Notes under the pieces: model-generated
What the model was told of the DNA's origin: nothing
Seen by the model: only the letters and a program-made list of their open reading frames with translations
Databases searched by the model: none
Shown: piece after piece, positions 21,055-32,582 of the stretch
Position numbering within the stretch: the stretch's first letter is position 1
How the letters are laid out: each line of letters begins with the position of its first letter
Made by a program: the position numbers and the translations under genes
Origin: Dehalococcoidia bacterium
Lineage (GTDB): Bacteria; Chloroflexota; Dehalococcoidia; Bin125
NCBI GenBank assembly: GCA_963663895.2
Contig: CAXXRD010000003.1
Location: 128,001 to 192,000, forward strand
Length of the DNA stretch: 64,000 bases
Reading direction: 5' to 3'

Positions 21055-21630
21055 CTACAGATGCTTGGTAGCGACGAGAAGATCCCGAGTACGGCCCTCG
21101 GCATCGATCACGTAGTCGAACAGAACGGCCTCGCGCTGGAAGCCCAACCGCCGGAAGACCGCCTGTGCAGCAGCTTGGTCGAGAGTCATCCGCGCCGTGA
21201 GCATGCGCAAGCCGAGTGTCTGGGCGATCGCTTCGATCTCGCCGGCCAGCAGGCGGCCTAGCCCCTGACCCTGCCCCTCCGGCGTGATCAGCAGGCGGAT
21301 CTCGCCAAGGTGGCGGGTCCAAGTCGTGGCGTTGTGCAGCAACGTACCTTCGCCGACGAGTCGGTCGTCGACGAAGGCGAGCACAGTAGTCGTGCGCCCT
21401 GCCTCGATAGCGGCGATCCAGGCATCGACCGCTGCCGGCTCGGTGATGGTGGCGGGGAGAAAGAGGAGGTCATTCGGCGGGATGGCGCGGGCGAACGTGA
21501 GGACGGCCTCGCGATCGTCCGCGTCCATGAGCCGCAGCTCTACGGAACGGCCGTCGGCAAGCGCGCCGCGTTTCGGGTAACGCGACAGGATCGCCTCGGC
21601 GCCCAGGGAGAGGATTGACGGAGTGGTCAT
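21055..21630 (-). CDS. GNAT N-acetyltransferase
   Basis: QGQGLG acetyl-CoA motif, FRRLGF; AGGAG RBS before ATG 21630. Confidence 0.85.
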   Translation of the reverse strand: MTTPSILSLGAEAILSRYPKRGALADGRSVELRLMDADDREAVLTFARAIPPNDLLFLPATITEPAAVDAWIAAIEAGRTTTVLAFVDDRLVGEGTLLHNATTWTRHLGEIRLLITPEGQGQGLGRLLAGEIEAIAQTLGLRMLTARMTLDQAAAQAVFRRLGFQREAVLFDYVIDAEGRTRDLLVATKHL

Positions 21631-21718
21631 CGCCTGTCTCCTTGCACGGGACTGAACGTTGAGCGGTTCACCAAGACTCCGGTTCTCCAGCGTGACGCCA
21701 GCAACGGCCGGGGCCGGT

Positions 21719-23073
21719 CTAAGAGGTTTTCGCCGCCTTCGGTAGGGCCACGTCCTGGTCGATGGGATCACCCTTCACGGCGAACTGCTGCTGCTCCGTG
21801 GAGCCAGTAAGAGCTGTGGTGGAGCTCTGGCCCTTGGTCACCGCCTCAAGGATACGGTCGAAATAGCCGGTGCCGACTTCACGCTGATGGCGGGTGGCGC
21901 TGTAGCCGGCGGGCTCCGCCTCGAACTCCCGCTGCTGCAGATCGACATAGGCGCTCATACCGCGAGCGGTGTAGTCGTTCGCGAGTTCGAAGCTGTTGAG
22001 GTTGAGAACGTGCCAACCGGCCAGCGTGATGAACTGGAACTTGTAACCCAGCCCCCCCAGATCGCGCTGGAAGGCGTTGATGGCATCGCTATCGAGGTGG
22101 GCGTTCCAATTGAAGGAAGGGGAGCAGTTGTAGGCGAGCCATTTACCCGGATAGCGTTCGTGGATCGCGGTAGCGAAGTGCCGGGCCTGTTCGAGGTCGG
22201 GCGTAGAGGATTCGAACCAGAGGAGATCCGCGTAGGGAGCGTAGGCCAGCGAGCGGGCGATCGCGGACTCAATGCCCCCTTCGACCACGAAGTAGCCCTC
22301 GGGGGTACGGCTGCCGCCGATGAACGGGTGGTCGCGGGGATCGATGTCGGAGGTGAGAAGCGTCGCGCTGACGGCGTCAGTACGCGCCACGACCACCGTG
22401 GGAACGTCAAGCACGTCCGCGGCGAGGCGGGAGGCGATGAGCGTGCGGATGTGCTGGGCGGTGGGCACGAGCACTTTACCGCCGAGATGGCCACATTTCT
22501 TCTCGGCGGCGAGTTGGTCCTCGAAGTGCACGGCGGCGGCGGCCGCCTCGATCATCGCCTCCGTGAGTTCGAAGGCATGGAGGGGGCCACCGAAGCCCGC
22601 CTCTGCATCGGCGACGATCGGGGCGAACCAATCGCGCGAGTGGCGCCCCTCCGCCCGCTCGACCTGATCGGCGCGCTACAGGGCATTGTTAATACGCCGC
22701 ACTAAGGCGGGCGCACTGTTGACGGGATAAAGGCTCTGATCGGGGTAGGTCTGGCCAGCCAGGTTGGCGTCGGCGGCGACTTGCCAACCGCTGAGGTAGA
22801 TGGCGTCGAGGCCAGCGCGCACCATCTGCACTGCCTGGGCGCCGCTGAGCGCCCCGAAGGTGTGTAGATAGAGCCGCTCCTGGAAGAGCGCGCGCAGGCG
22901 CTCGGCGCCGTGGCGCGCGAGGGAGTGCTCAATAGGGATGGAAGGGCGCAGGCGCAGGACGTCGGCGGTCGTGTAGTCACGCCGCACCGCGAGCTCCTGC
23001 GCTTCCTCTGTCCAGCGGCGTTCGAGCGCGGCGATAGCATCCGTGCGATCGGTTTCGATTGTGGTAATGGAGG

Positions 23074-23077
<4 letters not shown>
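21719..23077 (-). CDS. aceA: Isocitrate lyase with one in-frame TAG at 22676-22678
   Basis: [53 protein letters not shown]; both halves in one frame. Confidence 0.93.
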
Positions 23078-24708
<1,631 letters not shown>

Positions 24709-24887
24709 GATCGAACTCGATTCACGGTTTAGGGCGTTGCTTGGGACATCTTGGCAATGCAGAAAGCCTAGCAACGCAGCGGTCGCGGTCTATACAAGCA
24801 GACACAAGTGGCAGGTAATGCCAGCGCAGCGTCTCTCCCAGCGGCCGCATCGGCGACCCGACGCAGGCAAAGCCGGGCGCAGACGCC

Positions 24888-26765
24888 CTAGCGCCGTAAG
24901 AATCGACGCAGGATCTCTTCGCGCGGAAGGCGCAGCAGCGTGGGGCGTCCGTGCGGACAGGTCTGCGAGCGCGCACAGTCCTCGAGTGCGCGCAGCAGCG
25001 CCCGTTGCTCCTCCGGTGCCAGCGGATCGCCGGCGCGCACGGCGCTGTGACAGGCGCTGGCCGCGGCGGCGGGGTCGAAGCGCTGTGGCTCCTCGGCGCT
25101 GAGCGAAGCGGGTGAGGCCTGCGCCAGCTCATCCAGCAACGCGGTGAGGCATCCGGCAGGGTCACGCGAGCGCGCGCGCTCGGAGTTCTCCCCGCCGAGC
25201 GCGCGCGCCAGCGCCGCCGGGAGGGCACGCAGGCGCAGCGCCCGCTCTCCAAAAGGCTCGACATCCCAACCCAGCGCCCGCAAGGCGGGAGCGAATTCGG
25301 TCAAGGCGCCGGCCTGGGCAGCGCTCAGCTCGATCGGGTCCAAATCCAGGAGCGCCTGCTGGGAAGCGGAGCGGGGGGCGGCCGCGGCCTCCAGCAACCG
25401 TTCGTAGAGCACGCGCTCGTGCGCCGCATGCTGGTCCACCAGATAGAGCCCGTCGGGTCCCTCCGCCACGAGAAAGGCAGCGTCGATCTGGCCGAGAACG
25501 CGCAACGGTGGCGAGGCGGCACCCGGCAACTCGGGCTGTCCCTCTGTAGCGATTGCCTCCGCGGGATCGGGCGCAGACCGCGGCCCGGGCCGCTCCAGGG
25601 TCGGCAGGCCGGCACGGTCCCAGGTAGAAAGCGGCCGAGCGGCGGATCGGGCCGCACTCGGCACCGCCGATGTCGCGGCGGCGATCGGCGTCAGCCCTGC
25701 GGAAGTCCGGCCTGTCAACAGCGCCTCACGCAGACTGCGCTGGATCAGTCCGAAGGCAACGTCTTCGTCGGACAGCTTGACCTGCGCCTTGGTCGGATGC
25801 ACGTTGACATCGACCCGCGCCGGGTCGACCTCAAGGAACAGGGCGACCAGCGGAAAGCGGCGCGCCGGCAGCAGCTCGCGATAGGCCTCCTGCAGGGCGT
25901 AGCTCAGGCGGCGCGATTGCACCGCGCGCCCGTTGACGAAGAGACGCAGCTCGCCGCGGTGGGCGCGCTGGTACTGCGGCGGTGCCGCCAACCCCTCCAC
26001 CCGCATTCCCGCCCGCGGCTGGGTTCCGGCAAAAGCGAGGGCCGCCTCCGCCGCGGGCGCACCCCAAAGCTCGGCGAGCACGGCCCGACGCTGGCCCTCG
26101 CCGCCGCTGCGCAACGCCCGCCGCCCCTCCATCGTCAGCTGCAGAGCCACGCGGGGAAGCGCCAGCGCCTGGTCGCCGCAGACGCGCGCGATCGCCGCTC
26201 GCTCCGCCCGATCGCCGCGCAGAAACTTCCGGCGGGCGGGCTGACGCGCGAACAGCTGCCGCACCTCCAGGGTCGTTCCGGGGGGCGCAGCTGCGGTTTC
26301 GAGTGCCTGGGCGCTGCCGCCACGCAAGCGGAGCCGGGCGCCAGCGCCCGAGTCGCTCCGTCCCGGACGGGGGTCGCGAGGCCGGCTAATACAGTCGACT
26401 TCCGCCACCGCAACGATGCTGGGCAACGCCTCCCCACGGAAGCCGTAGCTGCGCAGCGCCCAGAGGTCATCGGCCGCGGACAGCTTGGAAGTGGCATGTC
26501 GCTCGAAAGCGAGGGGCAGTTCGTCGGCGCCCATTCCGCGGCCATTGTCGGTCACGCGGATCCGCTCCAAGCCCGCCCCCTCGATCAGCACTTCGATCCG
26601 CGTGGCGCCCGCGTCGGCCGCATTCTCCAACAGCTCCTTGACGACCGACGCCGGGCGCTCAATCACCTCGCCCGCTGCGATCTGCGCGGCCACGGACGCC
26701 GGCAACCGCCGGATGGCGTTCCCGAACTCGGTTTCGGGCAGCGCAGCGGGCGCAGCTCTGCTCAC
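24888..26765 (-). CDS. mutL: Mismatch repair endonuclease MutL
   Basis: IAAGEVIERP, GFRGEAL, DQHAAHER, CPHGRP. Confidence 0.97.
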   Translation of the reverse strand: MSRAAPAALPETEFGNAIRRLPASVAAQIAAGEVIERPASVVKELLENAADAGATRIEVLIEGAGLERIRVTDNGRGMGADELPLAFERHATSKLSAADDLWALRSYGFRGEALPSIVAVAEVDCISRPRDPRPGRSDSGAGARLRLRGGSAQALETAAAPPGTTLEVRQLFARQPARRKFLRGDRAERAAIARVCGDQALALPRVALQLTMEGRRALRSGGEGQRRAVLAELWGAPAAEAALAFAGTQPRAGMRVEGLAAPPQYQRAHRGELRLFVNGRAVQSRRLSYALQEAYRELLPARRFPLVALFLEVDPARVDVNVHPTKAQVKLSDEDVAFGLIQRSLREALLTGRTSAGLTPIAAATSAVPSAARSAARPLSTWDRAGLPTLERPGPRSAPDPAEAIATEGQPELPGAASPPLRVLGQIDAAFLVAEGPDGLYLVDQHAAHERVLYERLLEAAAAPRSASQQALLDLDPIELSAAQAGALTEFAPALRALGWDVEPFGERALRLRALPAALARALGGENSERARSRDPAGCLTALLDELAQASPASLSAEEPQRFDPAAAASACHSAVRAGDPLAPEEQRALLRALEDCARSQTCPHGRPTLLRLPREEILRRFLRR

Positions 26766-29731
26766 GTGCCCGTCCTCGGCTCAAAGGGCAACGCTGCCTG
26801 CTCGGCAGGCGCATCACCCAGCGCCTGGCGGGCCTGATCGCGCAAGGCGTAGAGGGCGGCGATCGCCTCGAGCGGGGTAATCGCGTCGACATCGAGTTCG
26901 GCCAGCTCCTCAGCGAGCTCGGCCCCGGCGCTGGCCACCGGGGCCGAGGATGACTCAGCCCGCAGGAAAGCCGGGGGGCGCTCAGGCTCACGCGCGTCGG
27001 CCTCCAGCGTCCGCAGCAGCTGGCCCGCGCGCGCGAGCAACGGCGCCGGCAGCCCGGCCATCGCCGCGACCTGCAGCCCGTAGGAGCGATCGGCCGCGCC
27101 CGGCTGCACCTTGTAGAGAAAGCGCAGATCCGCCGTCGACGGCGTCTGCAAGGAGGCGCCGTCGCCGCGCCCGGACCCCAAGGAAGCCCCTCCCTCGTCG
27201 ACCGCAACGTGCGCGTTGGCGACGCGCGGATAATCGCCCGCGAGCGCGGTGAGCTCGTGGAAGTGGGTAGCGAAGAGCGTGCGGGGTCCGCCCCCGCTCC
27301 CCCGGCGCCGAAACTCGACCAAGTACTCGAGCAGCGCTTGCGCTACCGCCAGCCCGTCGTACGTGCTCGTGCCGCGGCCGATCTCGTCCAACACCAGCAA
27401 GGAGCGTTCGCTGGCTGCAGCCAGAATGGCGGCGCTCTCCAGCATCTCCACCATGAAGGTGCTCTGCCCAGCAGCGAGGCGGTCGTGCGCGCCCACGCGC
27501 GCAAAAACACGGTCCACCAGCCCGATGCGAGCGTCAGCGGCCGACACGAAGCTCCCGCACTGCGCCATCAGCACGATCAGCGCCGACTGACGCAGGTAGG
27601 TGCTCTTCCCCCCCATGTTGGGACCGGTCAGGACCAGTACCTGCGGCGGTCCCGGAGCGGAACCGGCCTGCAGCTCCATGTCGTTGGGAACGAAGAGGCC
27701 GGAGGATCCGAAAGCGCCGGCGGCGGCTTCCACGATCGGGTGACGGCCTGCACGGATCGTCAGCGCGCCCGAGTGGTCCAAGCGCGGGCGGGTATAGTCG
27801 CGCTCCGCCGCCGCCTCGGCCAGGGCACAGTCGACGTCGAGGCGCGCGACGCCCCGCGCCAACGCCCGCACGGCGGCAGCCTGCGCGCCCAGGTCGCGCC
27901 GCAGCTGTGCGAGCAGCTCGCGCTCCCGGGTCACCAAGGCCTCGCGCGCTTCGAGCGCTTCGGTCTCGAGTGCGCGCAGCCGCGGCGTGACGAAGCGTTC
28001 GCCTCCCGCCAAGGTCTGGCGCCGCTCGTAGTCGGGAGGGACGAGCGCCAGCCCGCTCTTGCTGACCTCGAAGTAGTAGCCAAAGGTCCGGTGATAGCCG
28101 ATCTTGAGGTTGGCGATGCCGCTGCGCTGGCGCTCTTCCGCCTCGAGTTCGGCGATGGCGGCGCGGGCGGTGCGCAGCTGCGCGCGGAACGTGTCGCACG
28201 CGCCGTCCGCGCCGGGACGCAGCACCCCTCCCTCTTCTGCACAGGAGCCGGGACGTTCTTCAAGCCGCGCCGTGATCGCTTCCTGCGCAGCGGCGGCAGG
28301 GCGCAACTCCTCCGCGAACACCTCCCGCAACTCGGCCACGCGCGCGCCGGGCAACGAATCGGCCAGAGCCGTCCCCTCGCCCTCCGGTCCGTCCGACCCG
28401 TCGCCGACCTCCCCCAACGCCTGATCAACGATCCGGCCCAGCCGGGCGGCGGCGGCCAATCCCGCCCCCAGCCGCACCATCTCCGGTGGCGGCCCCAGCC
28501 CGGCAACCGTCCGGGACAGCAGCCGTGCCAAATCCGGAACGGCACCGAGCTCCTCCCGAACGGCCGCCCGCAGCAGCGGCCGCTCGCGCAACAGCTGCAC
28601 CCGGTCTAACCGCGCCTCGATCGGCACCAGCTCCAGAAGCGGCCGCGCCAAGCGATCGCGCAAGAGCCGGCGCCCGGCGGCGGTGCGGGTGCGATCCAGC
28701 ACCCCCAGCAGGGTGGTGGGCGAGCCCTCCCCGCCCTGCCCGGCAGCGCCGCCCGACCGATCCTCGAAGAGGGAGAGCGCGTGCAGCGTGGGACCGTCCA
28801 GGCGCATATAGGCCCCGGGCTCGTGCAAGCGCGGCCGCTCCAACTGCGCCAGCGTCCCTGCTTGGCTCTCCTGCAAGTAAGCGAGCAGGGCTCCGGCAGC
28901 GGCGAGCGCGGCGGGGCGCTCGCTCAACCCCAACCCCTCGATCGCGGCCAGACGGTAGTGCGCGAGCAGAGCAGCCGCGGCCGATTCTGGCTGAAACTGC
29001 GCTGGCGGGCGCGGCGTATGCGCCGGATCCAGCTCCGCCAGCGCCCGCGCCAGCGGCGGCGGCGCAGCGCTTTCCTGCCGCGGCTTCGCTCGGGCCGTTG
29101 CCTCGACAGGGTGCGGCGGCTGCGGCTGCAGGAGCTCTGTGGGCGCCAGCAACTCCAACTCGGCGGCGCAGCGCGCGGCCGCGTCCGCTCCCTTGAACTC
29201 GCAGCAGCGAAACTCGCCGGTGCTCAGGTCAGCCGCCGCGAGTCCCCAGCACCCTCCGGCGGACTCTTGGCGACCCCCGGCTTCCTGCCGGCGCCGCGAC
29301 TCCGGCAGCGCGACGAGGGCGGCGCAGTAGTTGCTGCGACCGCCCGCCAGCAGCGCCGGCTCAAGCGCCGTGCCGGGCGAGACGATCCGCACGACTCCAC
29401 GTCGTACCAAGCGCTTCGCGGCGTGGTCCTTCTCCGGCACTTTGTCTTGGATCTCGCCGGCCGCATTCAGCTGCTCGCAGATGGCGACGCGGTGTCCGTT
29501 GGCAACCAGCCGCGCCAGGTGGCCCTCGACGCTGGCCACGGGCACGCCGGCGAGGGGAACACGGATCCCTTTCCCCAGCGGCTTGCTCGTGAGCGTCACG
29601 CCCAATTCACGGCTGACCAGCTTGGCGTCGTCGTCGAAGGTTTCGTAGAAGTCGCCCAGCCGAAAGAACAGGATCGCGTCCGGGTGGCGCGCCTTGATCT
29701 CCAAATACTGGCGACGGACCGGGGTACTCAG
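26762..29731 (-). CDS. mutS: Mismatch repair protein MutS (probable CTG start)
   Basis: STPVRRQY, GDFYE, TGPNMGGKSTY, STFMVEM, DEIGRGT, ATHFHEL; GGAGG then CTG at 29731. Confidence 0.97.
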   Translation of the reverse strand: MSTPVRRQYLEIKARHPDAILFFRLGDFYETFDDDAKLVSRELGVTLTSKPLGKGIRVPLAGVPVASVEGHLARLVANGHRVAICEQLNAAGEIQDKVPEKDHAAKRLVRRGVVRIVSPGTALEPALLAGGRSNYCAALVALPESRRRQEAGGRQESAGGCWGLAAADLSTGEFRCCEFKGADAAARCAAELELLAPTELLQPQPPHPVEATARAKPRQESAAPPPLARALAELDPAHTPRPPAQFQPESAAAALLAHYRLAAIEGLGLSERPAALAAAGALLAYLQESQAGTLAQLERPRLHEPGAYMRLDGPTLHALSLFEDRSGGAAGQGGEGSPTTLLGVLDRTRTAAGRRLLRDRLARPLLELVPIEARLDRVQLLRERPLLRAAVREELGAVPDLARLLSRTVAGLGPPPEMVRLGAGLAAAARLGRIVDQALGEVGDGSDGPEGEGTALADSLPGARVAELREVFAEELRPAAAAQEAITARLEERPGSCAEEGGVLRPGADGACDTFRAQLRTARAAIAELEAEERQRSGIANLKIGYHRTFGYYFEVSKSGLALVPPDYERRQTLAGGERFVTPRLRALETEALEAREALVTRERELLAQLRRDLGAQAAAVRALARGVARLDVDCALAEAAAERDYTRPRLDHSGALTIRAGRHPIVEAAAGAFGSSGLFVPNDMELQAGSAPGPPQVLVLTGPNMGGKSTYLRQSALIVLMAQCGSFVSAADARIGLVDRVFARVGAHDRLAAGQSTFMVEMLESAAILAAASERSLLVLDEIGRGTSTYDGLAVAQALLEYLVEFRRRGSGGGPRTLFATHFHELTALAGDYPRVANAHVAVDEGGASLGSGRGDGASLQTPSTADLRFLYKVQPGAADRSYGLQVAAMAGLPAPLLARAGQLLRTLEADAREPERPPAFLRAESSSAPVASAGAELAEELAELDVDAITPLEAIAALYALRDQARQALGDAPAEQAALPFEPRTGT

Positions 29732-29973
29732 AACGCCTCCCGCTCACACGTCCCGCTATGCGATCGCCTTACACGGTACCGCGTATACAGGGAAACGTGT
29801 ACCACGCGCCGACCCCGACTGACAAGGCGCCCGCCCGCGCTCCGCCGTGCGTGCGTCGATCCAGCCTACCAAGGCTCGCCTGTAATCGAACGCGCGCTCA
29901 CATAAAGGTGTGCGATGGACCCCATCGACCACGGCAAGCCGCCGCGGAACGGCGGCGTCCAGGAGTCAGCAGC

Positions 29974-31956
29974 CTAAACAGACGACGAAACCGGCTCGTG
30001 GACGGCGCGGGGGGAAGCCGCCGATGCAAAGCGATCCTCGACGACCACTGCTGCGGGCGCCAGCTCGCGGCAGAGACCGCACTGGATGCAGCGCGCGTCG
30101 TCGATCGCCCACCCCTTCCCCGAGGGCAGGCCGTCGATCGCATCAGTGGGGCAGAGATCCGCCGCCTCGGCCAGCGCGGGATGGTCCGGCCTGCTGATCC
30201 GGTGACGGATCAGGCCACGACAGCGGCGGGCCGGACAGCGGCGCTCACGCACGTGCGCCTCCAGCTCCTCGCGGAAGAAGCGCAGGACGCTGCGGACGGC
30301 ATAAGGAGTGAACTGTCCGTGCAAGCAGTTGGCGTTCTGCATCGTGCGGTCGATCGCGCCGATCCGATCGAGGTCGTCGTCACGACCACCGCCGGCAGCG
30401 ATGCGGGTCAGCAACTCCACCAGGCGCTGGCCGCCGCCGAAGCAGGTCGTGCAGCGACCGCAGGACTCGTCCTCGCAAAACTCGCTGAAGTAGAGGGCCA
30501 GGTCCAGCACGCAGGTACGATCGTCGAACAGGATGAGGCCGCCGGATCCCAGCAACAACGAACGCTCGCTGAAGGGGGCCCGCTCCAGCGGCAGATCAAG
30601 ATCGGCAGCGGGCAGAATGCCACCCAGGGGGCCGCCGGGCTGCACACCCTTCGCGGGACGGCCGTCCGGCGTGCCGCCGCCGGCCTCCACGAGCAACGCG
30701 GAGAGGGGCAGCCCGAAGGGCACCTCCAGCACGCCGGGGCGCGCGATGTGCCCGCTGATGCTGAACATCTTGGTACCAGCATCCGCTTGGACGCCGGCCT
30801 CGCGGTACCAGGCGGCGCCGTGACGCAGCACCAACGGCACGTTTGCGTAGGTCTCGACGTTGTTCACGTTGCTGGGCTGAGCGAAAACCCCGCGCTGGGC
30901 GGGGAAAGGCGGGCGGATCTTGGGCATGCCACGCAGCCCTTCGATCGAAGCGATTAGGCCGGTCTCCTCGCCGCAGACGTAGGAACCGGCTCCGCGCGTG
31001 ATCTCGAGGTCGAAGGCGAACCCGCTCCCCAGGATGTCGTCGCCCAGGAGGCCCCGCGCGCGCGCTTGGTCGATGGCGCGCTGCACGCGAGCGATGCTGA
31101 GTGGATACTCGTCGCGGATATAGACATAGCCGTAGCCGGCGCCGGTGGCACGGCCGGCGATGATCATGCCCTCAATCAGCGCGTGGGGGTCCGATTCCAT
31201 CTGCACGCGGTTGACGAAGGCGCCGGGGTCGCCCTCGTCGGCGTTGCAGACCATGTACTTGACGGGGCCGGGGGCGCCCTGCAGAAACTTCCATTTGCGG
31301 CCAGCGGGGAATCCGCCACCGCCGCGGCCACCGACGCCGGCCTCCTCGACAAGGTCGCAGATCGCGAGTGGCTCCATGGCCAAGGCGCGATCCAGCCCAG
31401 CGTAGGCACCGACCGCGAGTGCGTCATCGATCGATTCGGGGTCGACCACGCCCATCCACTGCATCAGGCGCCGCTGTTGACGCCGCCAGAAAGGATGATC
31501 GGCGAGCGCCGGCACGCCCTCGCTCTGATCCTCGGGACGAAGGGGAACGCCGGCATGCGTACCGGGCGGGGAGTCAGGGGAGAAGGGCACGGGCCAAGCC
31601 CGCCAGCCCAACGCCCAGCGGGAACGGGGGTCGCCCTCCGCAACGACGGCGGCCACGAACTCGCCCACCGCATCGGCCGGGACAGGGCCATAGAGCACTG
31701 GGGCCGCGCCCGGGCGCTGGACCTCGACCGTTGGCAGGGCGAAGGAAGCGCCCGTGGTGCCGGTCGCGACGATCGTGCAGTCCAACCGGCGAGCAGCGAC
31801 GGCAGTGCGCAGGGCGGCAAGGGTATGGTCGGCGCCGGCGGCGATGGAAGAGGTGCTGAGATCGACACGCAGCACCGTCCGCTCGGCATCGATCCCCTGG
31901 CGCTCGTCCCAACTGGCGCGGGCGGCGGCGCGCAAGGCAGCATAGCGCTCACTCAC
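29974..31956 (-). CDS. NuoF/HoxF/HydB-like NADH-binding flavoprotein subunit
   Basis: GRGGGGFPAGRKW, CNADEGDPG, YVCGEET, ESCGRCTTC, C-terminal ferredoxin; GTGA overlap with the nuoE-like gene. Confidence 0.9.
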   Translation of the reverse strand: MSERYAALRAAARASWDERQGIDAERTVLRVDLSTSSIAAGADHTLAALRTAVAARRLDCTIVATGTTGASFALPTVEVQRPGAAPVLYGPVPADAVGEFVAAVVAEGDPRSRWALGWRAWPVPFSPDSPPGTHAGVPLRPEDQSEGVPALADHPFWRRQQRRLMQWMGVVDPESIDDALAVGAYAGLDRALAMEPLAICDLVEEAGVGGRGGGGFPAGRKWKFLQGAPGPVKYMVCNADEGDPGAFVNRVQMESDPHALIEGMIIAGRATGAGYGYVYIRDEYPLSIARVQRAIDQARARGLLGDDILGSGFAFDLEITRGAGSYVCGEETGLIASIEGLRGMPKIRPPFPAQRGVFAQPSNVNNVETYANVPLVLRHGAAWYREAGVQADAGTKMFSISGHIARPGVLEVPFGLPLSALLVEAGGGTPDGRPAKGVQPGGPLGGILPAADLDLPLERAPFSERSLLLGSGGLILFDDRTCVLDLALYFSEFCEDESCGRCTTCFGGGQRLVELLTRIAAGGGRDDDLDRIGAIDRTMQNANCLHGQFTPYAVRSVLRFFREELEAHVRERRCPARRCRGLIRHRISRPDHPALAEAADLCPTDAIDGLPSGKGWAIDDARCIQCGLCRELAPAAVVVEDRFASAASPRAVHEPVSSSV

Positions 31957-32486
31957 GAGCGCTGCTCCGCGGCACCGCGCCAAGGCGCGATCGGCAGATC
32001 GGCATCGGAAGCGGCGGGGGGCGGCACAACTTGCGCGCCGGCTTTGACGCGGCGCGCCAACCGCACGGCCTCCGCAACGCTAAGCGGGCCGATCACGCGG
32101 CCGTTGACCCAGACTTGGGGCGCCCGCTCGCAGGTTCCGTTGCACTGCCCCAGCCAGAGACCGTAAGCATCGTCAGGACCGTTCTCGCCGAGGCGGCATC
32201 CGAGCTCGGCTTCGAGCACGGCCTTGATGGACCCGCCGCCCACGATGCGGCAGCTGGGACCGCTGCACCAGACGACGAGCGTGCTCGGGGGCGGGATCTC
32301 ACGAAACTCGGAGTAGAAGGTGACGGGCCCGTACACTTGCGCTTCGCTGAGGCGCAGATGCTTGGCGACGATCGTTATCGCCTCGCGTGGAATCCAGCCG
32401 AGTTCCTCTTGTACGAGATGCAGCGCGGGCAGCAACTGGCTGTGGGCACGTGGCAGCGCTTGGATCAGACCGGCGATGCGCTCGAT
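31953..32486 (-). CDS. NuoE/HydC-like 2Fe-2S subunit (possible ATC start)
   Basis: LLPALH.VQ..LGWIP, TFYSEF, CSGPSC, CNGTC..AP. Confidence 0.9.
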   Translation of the reverse strand: MERIAGLIQALPRAHSQLLPALHLVQEELGWIPREAITIVAKHLRLSEAQVYGPVTFYSEFREIPPPSTLVVWCSGPSCRIVGGGSIKAVLEAELGCRLGENGPDDAYGLWLGQCNGTCERAPQVWVNGRVIGPLSVAEAVRLARRVKAGAQVVPPPAASDADLPIAPWRGAAEQRS

Positions 32487-32582
32487 GGGAGATGCTCCTT
32501 AGGCTTGCGCCCCGACGGCTTCAAGGAAGCGCCTAGGCTAGTGTAACCGGCGCTCGTTTCCGTCTCGAATGGCAGTGGCGCA

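Noticed and set aside
17678-21115. 1145-aa TolB-CopC-CopD-cytochrome c giant fusion in the ORF track
   Set aside because: Created by a frameshift at 18505-18508; the propeller's real end is 18540..18728 and the next gene has its own GTG and signal peptide.
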